Assembly: GCA_963699755.1 (NCBI GenBank)
Contig: CAVOVB010000003.1
Location: forward strand, 608,001 to 672,000
Direction of reading: 5' to 3'
DNA from: an uncultured delta proteobacterium
GTDB taxonomy: Bacteria; Myxococcota_A; Polyangia; Polyangiales; Houyiibacteriaceae
DNA length: 64,000 nucleotides
A program made the translations under genes and the position numbers. Every line of letters begins with the position of its first letter. The stretch's first letter is position 1. Shown piece after piece: positions 50,377 through 57,778 of the stretch. The notes under the pieces are model-generated. The model saw nothing but the letters and a program-made list of their open reading frames with translations. It made no database searches and was not told the origin of the DNA.

Positions 50377-51999
50377 TTAGACGCGGTTCTTGAACTTTTC
50401 GGGGTCGATCGCGAGCGTCGCCATCCGGCTGATCAGTCCGGTGCGCGGAACGGAAAGCATTCGGGCGGTGCGCGCGACGATGCCCCCGCAGGCCGTGAGA
50501 GCGTCCTCGATGATTCCTTTTTCGACGGCGTCGAGGCCTTCTTTTTGCTCCCCAAGCTGCTTCCAGCGGGCTTGGACTTCGTTGCTCGCCGAGCCGGCGC
50601 TGGGGTGCACCGAGGGAGGGCTGATGGAGCCGCGTAGAGAATGCTCGCCGTCGAGGTCCAAGTGGCGTGCCTCGATCACCGGGTCCGCGGATTCGCTCGC
50701 CCGAACGCGATTCCTGGCTCGCTCCAGCACCGCTTCGAGCTCGCGTATATTTCCCCCCCAATGAAGGTGGGGCGCCTGGAGCAGCTCACGAGCGTTGCCG
50801 TCGAGCTCCCAGTCGGTCTGTCCATCGGTGCGGCTGAGGTAACGCATGGCGATGCTCGGGATGTCGCTGCGCCGATCGCGCAGTGGTGGCAGCACGATGG
50901 GCACGGTGGCCAGGCGATAATAAAGGTCCTGCCGAAAGCGCTGGTCGGCGATGGCCTGCGACATGTCGCCGTTGGTCACCGAGATCAGGCGCACGTCGGC
51001 TGTCTTCGGCTCGCGGCCCTGATAGCCAAGCGGCCGGTACGAGCCGAACTGGGTGAAATCGAGGAGCAGCTGCTGCGCATGGCGAGGCAGGTTCAGCACC
51101 TCGTCGAGGATGAGCGTCCCCTCGTGTGCGTACTCGACCAGTCCCATGCGCCTGGAGACCGCGCCTGAAAACGCGCCTCGCTCATGCCCAAAAAGCTCCG
51201 AGGTGATCGTGTTCAGGTCATCCGCCAGACCGAGCGTCGCCCGAACGATCGGGTCGCGGTTGCTCGTGCGAGCAAACGCGGTCGCGAGCTGGGTCTTGCC
51301 TGTCCCCGATTCACCCAAGACCATGATCGACGCCTGGCTTCCGAGGGCGGCGCGGAGCTCTTCGCGGATCGCTGCCATGCTGTCACCGGCGAGGAGGTCG
51401 TCGAGACCGAGGTAGTGGTCGTTTCGGTCTTTGGCGCGCTCGACACGCAAATCTTCTTTGGTGGCCTCGATCAGCGTCTGCTGCGCGATCATGCCTCCGA
51501 GAAGGGAACCGACGCATTGGACGAAGTCGAGGACGGTGTCCTGCTCTCCTTCGTTTCCCGGAAACTCCAAATACATCACCCCGACCAGACTACGGCCTCG
51601 CCCCGAGGACGTGGGGTGCGACCAAAGCGGGACGGCGGCAAACGAGCCGCTCTGCGCGTAGGGTACGGGGCCGGCGACGGTCTTGAGCTCCCGCTGCACT
51701 CGGCTCAGCATTGCGGTGACGTGCTCTGCAAGCACGGCGGGCGGCACCCCGCGAAACCCTGCGGTGCGCGAACGGTGCATCGGCCCGCCGCCGCCCTTGG
51801 TCTCGAGCGTGCTCCAGGCGGAGGTCGCGCCAAGCTGAACACACAAGGCTTCGAGCGTCTCCTCGATGAAGCGGCCGCCATGAAGGCCGGTCACGACCGA
51901 CGCCACAATTTCACGCATTCGCGGCCAGGGATCTCGGTTCTCGACTATCGGCATCGGCCGTTGCGAGAGTAACTGGTTGAGCGTCTCGCGACTAGGCAT
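50377..51999 (-). CDS. Sigma54-dependent transcriptional activator (bEBP) with N-terminal GAF-like domain
   Basis: GESGTGKT, SELFGHERGAFSGA, LILDEV, FRQDLYYRL and WGGNIREL; Fis-type HTH; no receiver domain. Confidence 0.92.
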   Translation of the reverse strand: MPSRETLNQLLSQRPMPIVENRDPWPRMREIVASVVTGLHGGRFIEETLEALCVQLGATSAWSTLETKGGGGPMHRSRTAGFRGVPPAVLAEHVTAMLSRVQRELKTVAGPVPYAQSGSFAAVPLWSHPTSSGRGRSLVGVMYLEFPGNEGEQDTVLDFVQCVGSLLGGMIAQQTLIEATKEDLRVERAKDRNDHYLGLDDLLAGDSMAAIREELRAALGSQASIMVLGESGTGKTQLATAFARTSNRDPIVRATLGLADDLNTITSELFGHERGAFSGAVSRRMGLVEYAHEGTLILDEVLNLPRHAQQLLLDFTQFGSYRPLGYQGREPKTADVRLISVTNGDMSQAIADQRFRQDLYYRLATVPIVLPPLRDRRSDIPSIAMRYLSRTDGQTDWELDGNARELLQAPHLHWGGNIRELEAVLERARNRVRASESADPVIEARHLDLDGEHSLRGSISPPSVHPSAGSASNEVQARWKQLGEQKEGLDAVEKGIIEDALTACGGIVARTARMLSVPRTGLISRMATLAIDPEKFKNRV

Positions 52000-52555
52000 T
52001 GCGCAAGGTGGTTGAAGGCTTCTGTGTCTGAGGCCCGAGGACACGAACCATGATCACGAGTTGTGCCTTCGTTTTGACGCCCAGCTTGCGCATGGATCCC
52101 CTCAAGAGTGCGGACACCCGCGAAGGGCTGATCTTCAGCCGGTAGCCTGTCACCTTGCTGCTCTCGCCAAGCGCTGCGCCCATCGCGACTTGGTACTCAC
52201 GAGCCGTGAGCCCGGCGGCGCAGCTTCCTTTGACGTCATTGAGCTTCACCAAGACGATTCGTCTGCCGTTGGCGTCAAACCAGTCGACCAGCTTCATTCG
52301 TCCTCGGACCAGACCCTCCCAGAGAAGAAGGGCGCGTTCGGCGTCGATCGCACCCAGGTCTCGACGCGCCTCGTCGAGACTTCGGGCGGCGTCGCGGAGC
52401 ATGTCCGGGCTTGCCATGCCGTCGACGCCGCCCATCGCCCCCAAGGGCTCGGTGCATCCTCTTGGCTCCGACCCCTCGCTCGCTGGCCCTGTGGCGTCCC
52501 ACTCGGTCTCGAGGATCGGAGTGAAGGCAGCTCGTGTGGCATGGGCGCTCGTCAT
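51992..52555 (-). CDS. LuxR-type HTH transcriptional regulator
   Basis: C-terminal LTAREYQVAMGAALGESSK..GYRLKIS...V..LL...MRKLGVKTKAQL; stop codon overlaps the bEBP start region. Confidence 0.8.
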   Translation of the reverse strand: MTSAHATRAAFTPILETEWDATGPASEGSEPRGCTEPLGAMGGVDGMASPDMLRDAARSLDEARRDLGAIDAERALLLWEGLVRGRMKLVDWFDANGRRIVLVKLNDVKGSCAAGLTAREYQVAMGAALGESSKVTGYRLKISPSRVSALLRGSMRKLGVKTKAQLVIMVRVLGPQTQKPSTTLRNA

Positions 52556-52571
52556 CGTGTTCGACCGCAGG

Positions 52572-52588
52572 TGCAGGCGGCGTGCCAG
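52572..52588 (-). promoter_or_regulatory. Sigma54 (-24/-12) promoter of the luxR-bEBP operon
   Basis: Minus strand CTGGCACGCCGCCTGCA (TGGCACG-N4-CTGCA, GG-N10-GC). Confidence 0.7.
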
Positions 52589-52636
52589 GCGAAAAGCACT
52601 GTGATTCCGGTGAGCCCGGCGCGGGCTAGACGAAAA

Positions 52637-52674
52637 TGACGACGGCCGTCATCGAAATCCGACGCCTGGCGTCA
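52637..52674. promoter_or_regulatory. Tandem palindromic upstream activator sites
   Basis: TGACG-ACGGC-CGTCA (52637-52651) and CGACG-CCTGG-CGTCA (52660-52674), 23 bp apart; first site identical to 50328-50342. Confidence 0.65.
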
Positions 52675-52716
52675 TGTTCGAGGGCTCCAGATCGGAGCAA
52701 GCGGCCGGGAATTCGC

Positions 52717-53187
52717 TTAGCGCGATCGTTCCGAGGCACGCCTGCGCTCGCGCCGCGTGGCCGCGTCCGCAGCGGCCTGCCGATCGCTCTCGCTTTCCGC
52801 CAGCAGCGGCGGAACAGGGCAGGGCCTTCCGTCCTCACCGAGGTTGACGAAGGTCGCCCGCGCATCGGCGCAGAGCGACCGCGCCCCGGTCGCCGCGTGC
52901 TCCACTTCGACCCGAACCGCGATTTCCATCGAGCTCGTGAACGCCGCATTGAGGTGCGCCGTGAGGCGAACCACGTCGCCGACTCGAATTGGCGCCTTGA
53001 ACTCCAGCGCATCGACCCGCGCCGTGACGCAGACCCGGCCGCAATGCCGCTTCGCAGCGATGGAGCTGCAGATGTCGATCCAACTCATGATCACGCCACC
53101 AAATGCGGTGCCGATCGCGTTGGTGTGCTGCGGCAAGATGAGCTCGGTCATTTCCGTGAACGACTCGGAAGGGGGTTTCGCATCCAT
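52717..53187 (-). CDS. Acyl-CoA thioesterase (hotdog fold, YciA-like)
   Basis: LPQHTNAIGTAFGGVIMSWID, VTARVD, FKAPIRVGD and FTSSMEI. Confidence 0.92.
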   Translation of the reverse strand: MDAKPPSESFTEMTELILPQHTNAIGTAFGGVIMSWIDICSSIAAKRHCGRVCVTARVDALEFKAPIRVGDVVRLTAHLNAAFTSSMEIAVRVEVEHAATGARSLCADARATFVNLGEDGRPCPVPPLLAESESDRQAAADAATRRERRRASERSR

Positions 53188-53236
53188 TGGCGGAGCATAA
53201 GGTGTACGGATGGTGGATTAAAGGCATAATCCAAAC

Positions 53237-54745
53237 GTGCAGCGGCTTTTTACACGTGAGGAGTCACGCAAGCTGGATCGCGTCGCCATCGACGAGATTG
53301 GCGTCGTGAGCCTGGTGTTGATGGAGAATGCCGGGCGCGGGGCGAGCGATGCGATTTGCGATCTCTTTGCCGAGCGGCTCGGCCGTGTCGTCCTGGTCGG
53401 CGGGCCAGGGCAAAATGGCGGCGACGCCTGGGTGATCGCGAGGCGCTTGGCGCTGCTCGGCCATCCGCCGCTCGCTCTGTTGATTGGAGAGGCATCGCGC
53501 CTACGTGGTGACGCGCAGACCAACTGGGCGCTGCTTGGCGCGCTCGGCATCGAGACCGTCGAGGTATCGCCTGCCGACGCGGAACCGATCGCCGAGCACC
53601 TCGGGGATGCAACGCTGATCGTCGATGGACTCTTCGGAACAGGGCTCGATCGCCCGATCACCGGCGGCTACGCGCAGGCGATTGCAGCCATGGATGCAGC
53701 GCCTGTCCCCTTGGCTTCTTTGGATCTTCCGAGCGGCCTCGACGCGGACACCGGCGCGATCTTTGGCATCGCGCCCCATGCGTCGCTGACGATCACATTC
53801 GCCGGGCACAAGCGCGGGCTTCACCAGTACCCCGGCGTCGAGCATGCGGGCGCGGTGCGTGTCGCCGACATCGGGATCCCGATCATGTTTGCACCTGCCG
53901 CGAGCCTTTGGACAGCCGCAGACCTTGCCGCGCTCATCGCGCCCCGCAAGGCCGATGCGTACAAGGGCAGCAACGGACACCTTCTGGTCATCGGTGGCGC
54001 GCCGGGAAAGACCGGAGCTGCCGTGCTTGCAGGTCGCGCGGCGTTTCGCACCGGGGCAGGGCTCGTCACGATTGGCGCCCGACCGGATTCCCGCGCCGCG
54101 CTCGAACAAAAAGTCATCGAGCTGATGACGACGGCACTTCCTGAGCAAGCCAATGAAGCTTCAGTGCGACGCCTCTGCGAGGGGAAGCGCGCCGTCGTGC
54201 TTGGGCCGGGCATGGGTTTGGACCCGCTTGCAAGGAGCTGGACGCGGGCATTTGTCCAGCACGCTCCGGTCCCCACTGTGGTTGATGCAGACGGTCTCAC
54301 CCATCTTGCCGCCGATGGGCTCGATTCGCTCATGGGCGCGGCTGGCCCAAGGGTGCTCACGCCCCATCCGGGGGAAGCCGCGCGCCTGCTCGGGCGGTCG
54401 ACTTCGGAAGTTCAAGCCGACCGATATGGAGCAGCCGAAGCGCTGGCGGACAAGTCGGGGCAGGTCGTGATCTTGAAAGGCGCCCGCAGCATCGTGGCCG
54501 GCGGTGGTGAGCTTCGCGTTTGCGCGGAAGGCACGGCGGCGCTTGGCGTTGCGGGGACGGGCGACGTGCTGAGCGGGATCGTGGGCGCGCTCACGATGAG
54601 CATCTCGCCGCTCGACGCAGCGATCGGCGGCACGCTCCTACACGCGCTGGCAGGTGAGGCCGCAGCCACCGGCGACCGCGGCCTGATCGCCTCCGAAGTG
54701 GCGGACGCGGTGCCAGGCATCGTGGCCGAGCAGCTCGAGCTCTGA
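53237..54745 (+). CDS. nnr: Bifunctional NAD(P)H-hydrate epimerase/dehydratase
   Basis: LMENAG, GQNGGDA, DGLFGTG and DLPSG (YjeF_N); GPGMG, DADG, TPHPGEA and GTGDVLSG (dehydratase). Confidence 0.94.
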   Translation: MQRLFTREESRKLDRVAIDEIGVVSLVLMENAGRGASDAICDLFAERLGRVVLVGGPGQNGGDAWVIARRLALLGHPPLALLIGEASRLRGDAQTNWALLGALGIETVEVSPADAEPIAEHLGDATLIVDGLFGTGLDRPITGGYAQAIAAMDAAPVPLASLDLPSGLDADTGAIFGIAPHASLTITFAGHKRGLHQYPGVEHAGAVRVADIGIPIMFAPAASLWTAADLAALIAPRKADAYKGSNGHLLVIGGAPGKTGAAVLAGRAAFRTGAGLVTIGARPDSRAALEQKVIELMTTALPEQANEASVRRLCEGKRAVVLGPGMGLDPLARSWTRAFVQHAPVPTVVDADGLTHLAADGLDSLMGAAGPRVLTPHPGEAARLLGRSTSEVQADRYGAAEALADKSGQVVILKGARSIVAGGGELRVCAEGTAALGVAGTGDVLSGIVGALTMSISPLDAAIGGTLLHALAGEAAATGDRGLIASEVADAVPGIVAEQLEL

Positions 54746-54775
54746 CCGACCTGAGGGGACGCCCAGGCGACAGCT

Positions 54776-54793
54776 TGACACGACACCGTGTCA
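54776..54793. promoter_or_regulatory. Perfect palindrome, candidate activator site
   Basis: TGACACG-ACAC-CGTGTCA about 60 bp upstream of a sigma54 -24 box. Confidence 0.5.
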
Positions 54794-54853
54794 GCGAGGG
54801 GACAAGCTGGCGGTCCGAGGATGCAGCCCCCATGAAATGCTTTGGTTTTTTGC

Positions 54854-54869
54854 TGGCACTGCGGTTGCA
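54854..54869 (+). promoter_or_regulatory. Sigma54 (-24/-12) promoter of the ECF sigma gene
   Basis: TGGCACTGCGGTTGCA, near-consensus, preceded by a T-rich tract. Confidence 0.75.
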
Positions 54870-54895
54870 ATGAAGCCTCCGCGGAGACCCTCACA

Positions 54896-55417
54896 ATGAA
54901 TACCCAAGAACAGTACAACGAAGAAATCCTGCCTTGTGTCCCCGAGCTTTCCCGGACCGCCCTCCGACTGACGCGGGGTACCTCCCTTGCGGACGACCTG
55001 GTGCAAGAGACGCTGACGCGCGCCTGGCAAGCCCGCGCGAGCTTCCACCCTGGCACCAACGCGCGCGCCTGGACGCGACGGATCCTGTTCAACACCTACA
55101 TCAACCACTACCGAAAAAGGAAACGCGAGCGGGAAGCTTTCGAACAGCTCCGGGGCCTGGCCGAGGTTCGGGCCCGGTCTTGGCACGAGGAGGGTTTCGG
55201 CGACGAGGTGCTGGCGGCGCTGCGCTCGCTGAAGCCAGAGTTCCGCGAAGCCGTCGAGCTCGTCGACCTGGGGGAGCTCTCCTATCAGGCGGCCGCCGAG
55301 CGCTTGGCCTGCCCGGTCGGCACCGTCATGTCCCGCCTTCACAGGGGCCGGAAGCGGCTCAAGCGGACCCTTGCCGGCTACGCGCTCGACCAGGGCGTCG
55401 TCCGCTCTGCAGCCTAG
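54896..55417 (+). CDS. ECF (sigma70 group 4) RNA polymerase sigma factor
   Basis: ADDLVQETL.RAW, FHPGTNARAW..RILFN, LSYQAAAERLACPVGTVMSRLHRGR. Confidence 0.93.
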   Translation: MNTQEQYNEEILPCVPELSRTALRLTRGTSLADDLVQETLTRAWQARASFHPGTNARAWTRRILFNTYINHYRKRKREREAFEQLRGLAEVRARSWHEEGFGDEVLAALRSLKPEFREAVELVDLGELSYQAAAERLACPVGTVMSRLHRGRKRLKRTLAGYALDQGVVRSAA

Positions 55418-55527
55418 AGCTGGCCGGTCGCGAAAAATACCTGACAAAACCGATGTGAAAACCACAGCATAGACGCTAACGTCCTGTTAGCCTTGACGAA
55501 ACAGGCCAAAGTTACATAGTGGCGGGC

Positions 55528-56694
55528 ATGGCAAAGACATATGCTGACTTGCTCCAAGAGGTGAAGGCCGCCATTCGGCAGGTCTCCCTCGAAGACCTCA
55601 AGGACCGCCTGGACTCAGGCGAGGGCGTGATCCTGGTCGATGTTCGCGAGAAGGATGAGTGGCGGCAGGGGCACATTCCGGGTGCACTTCATATTCCCCG
55701 CGGATTTCTCGAAATGCAGTCTGGCTCGAGGCTGCCCGATAAGGACGCGAAGATCGTCACCATCTGTGCCGCCGGCATTCGGTCCGCCTTCGCGGCCAAG
55801 GTTCTTCAGGAGCTCGGCTACACGAACGTGGAGTCGGCGAACCCCGGGTTCAATCAGTGGAAAGATCAGGGCTTCCCCACGACGCAGCCGTTCGCCTTCA
55901 CCGACGCACAACTCAATCGCTATTCGCGGCATCTCTTGCTGCCCGAGGTCGGCGAGCAGGGGCAGGCGAAGCTGTTGCAAGGGCGCGTCTTGCTCCTCGG
56001 CGCAGGTGGGCTCGGTTCGCCGGCAGCGTTGTACCTTGCGGCGGCGGGCGTCGGAACGATCGGCATCGTGGATGGCGACACGGTGGATGAGTCGAACCTT
56101 CAACGCCAGGTCTTGCACGGGCTCGATCGCGTGGGTCAGTCAAAAGTCGAAAGCGGCAAACGAACGATTGAAAACCTCAACCCAGACGTCAACGTCATCG
56201 CGTTCAACGAGCGACTCACGCGCCAGAACGTCGATCGCATTTTCGATCAAGATTGGCACGTCATCGTCGACGGTCTCGACAACTTCGCGACGCGCTATCT
56301 CGTCAACGACGCCAGTGTCTGGAAAGACATCCCCGTCGTGCACGGCTCGATCTTCCGGTTCGACGGTCAAGTCACGACTTTCTGGCCGCGCCACGGGCCA
56401 TGCTACCGCTGCCTCTACCCGGAGCCGCCCCCGCCCCACCTTGCGCCGTCCTGTGCCGAAGCCGGTGTTCTCGGCGTTCTTCCCGGCGCAATCGGCACGC
56501 TTCAAGCAACCGAAGCCGTCAAAATCGTCCTCGAGCGCGGCGACCCCTTGGTCGGTCGACTGCTTCAGTACGACTCGCTCCAGATGCAGTTCCGCACCTT
56601 CAAGCTTCGACGGAACAAAGACTGCCCGGTCTGTGGCGATCATCCGACGATCACGGACTACATCGACTACGAGCATTTCTGCTCCGGCGGGTAA
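55528..56694 (+). CDS. moeB: Rhodanese-ThiF/MoeB adenylyltransferase (N-terminal rhodanese)
   Basis: DVREKDEW..GHIPGA and CAAGIRS rhodanese; RYSRHLLLPEVG, GAGGLGSP, SNLQRQ, CYRC and CPVC. Confidence 0.88.
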   Translation: MAKTYADLLQEVKAAIRQVSLEDLKDRLDSGEGVILVDVREKDEWRQGHIPGALHIPRGFLEMQSGSRLPDKDAKIVTICAAGIRSAFAAKVLQELGYTNVESANPGFNQWKDQGFPTTQPFAFTDAQLNRYSRHLLLPEVGEQGQAKLLQGRVLLLGAGGLGSPAALYLAAAGVGTIGIVDGDTVDESNLQRQVLHGLDRVGQSKVESGKRTIENLNPDVNVIAFNERLTRQNVDRIFDQDWHVIVDGLDNFATRYLVNDASVWKDIPVVHGSIFRFDGQVTTFWPRHGPCYRCLYPEPPPPHLAPSCAEAGVLGVLPGAIGTLQATEAVKIVLERGDPLVGRLLQYDSLQMQFRTFKLRRNKDCPVCGDHPTITDYIDYEHFCSGG

Positions 56695-56798
56695 GACCAC
56701 GACCCTCGGGACGGAGACATGCGCGTCAGCGCTTCACGAAGGGGGTGACGGGGCCCTTGAACGTGAACGGACACAGCTCGGCTCGGACCCGGGGGGGC

Positions 56799-56899
56799 AG
56801 TGTAGCAGGGGCGCCGTCGGCATCAGCGTCACGGCCAGCGTCGTGCGGGAGGGGGGACCGTGCCATGACCGCTCCTACTGGATGCGACCCTGCTACACT
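56799..56899. repeat. 12-bp perfect inverted repeat with 77-bp spacer
   Basis: AGTGTAGCAGGG (56799-56810) and CCCTGCTACACT (56888-56899). Confidence 0.7.
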
Positions 56900-56905
56900 C
56901 CTCCA

Positions 56906-57739
56906 ATGCCCCGAGCGCTCGTCCTCCTGACCGTGCTGTCCTTCCTCACCGCGTGCGAGGACAACGCCGCCGTCGAGCGTACCAGGGCTCAGCTCCGGGA
57001 CGTCGACTACCCACGGGTCCAGGAGCTCGTCGAGCAGGACCTTTCGAACCATCAGGCCGGCGTCGTGAAGGCCGCGGACAAGCTTGCCCCTGGATTCACC
57101 CTGAGCGATCCGGTCAAGCGCGAGTCACAGGTGCGGGCGGCTTTGAGAATTCTTCAGCAACCCAAGAAAGGTATTGATGAATTCGTCGCCTCCCCAATGT
57201 CGTTTCTCGCCGCGGTCGGTCCCGACGGCCTGGTCGTCGCGCGCGATCGGGAGCCCGATCGGATGAAGGGTCAGGACTTCAAGTCGCGCTTTGAAATCGT
57301 CGCTCAGGCCCTCCAAGGCACGGCGGCTACCGGGCTCGGCGAGTTCTACGCCAAGGATCCCAAAGCGCCTTCGTCCTGGTCGATCCTCTTCGCTGCGCCC
57401 TCTCTCCGGGACGGGCAGATGGTTGGCGCCGTGCTTGCCGGCATCCCCTTGTCGCGCCTCGCCCAGCGGCTGAGCCGTCAGTTCCGGGTCGAGCAGAAGG
57501 CCGGCGCACCGGTCTGGGTGTACCTCTACAAGGGCGAGCGCCTCTTCCATTGGGACACGCCACCCGAGGTCGATGCCCTCGTTCGAGACCCGGTCGCACG
57601 CACTCAGGCACTTGCCGCTTCGCCCGCCGGCTATACCGAGAAGGTACGGCTCCAGGGTGAGCTCCAGGTTTACGGGGTGTTCCCCCTCGCGCTTCTCGGG
57701 CCCGATGTTGGGACGATCATCTTCCGCACGCCTGAGTGA
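56906..57739 (+). CDS. Lipoprotein with a Cache/PAS-like sensor-type domain
   Basis: Lipobox LTAC; AAVGPDGLVVARD...IVAQALQG...FAAP..RDGQMVGAVLAG resembles dCache. Confidence 0.6.
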   Translation: MPRALVLLTVLSFLTACEDNAAVERTRAQLRDVDYPRVQELVEQDLSNHQAGVVKAADKLAPGFTLSDPVKRESQVRAALRILQQPKKGIDEFVASPMSFLAAVGPDGLVVARDREPDRMKGQDFKSRFEIVAQALQGTAATGLGEFYAKDPKAPSSWSILFAAPSLRDGQMVGAVLAGIPLSRLAQRLSRQFRVEQKAGAPVWVYLYKGERLFHWDTPPEVDALVRDPVARTQALAASPAGYTEKVRLQGELQVYGVFPLALLGPDVGTIIFRTPE

Positions 57740-57778
57740 AGGTTGACCGTTCGCTAGGATTGGGCGAACACTAGCGCG

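Noticed and set aside
55640..56905. N-terminal part of the 699-aa ORF 55640-57739
   Set aside because: Out-of-frame overlap with moeB and Arg/Ser-rich; the real gene starts at ATG 56906 with a lipoprotein signal.
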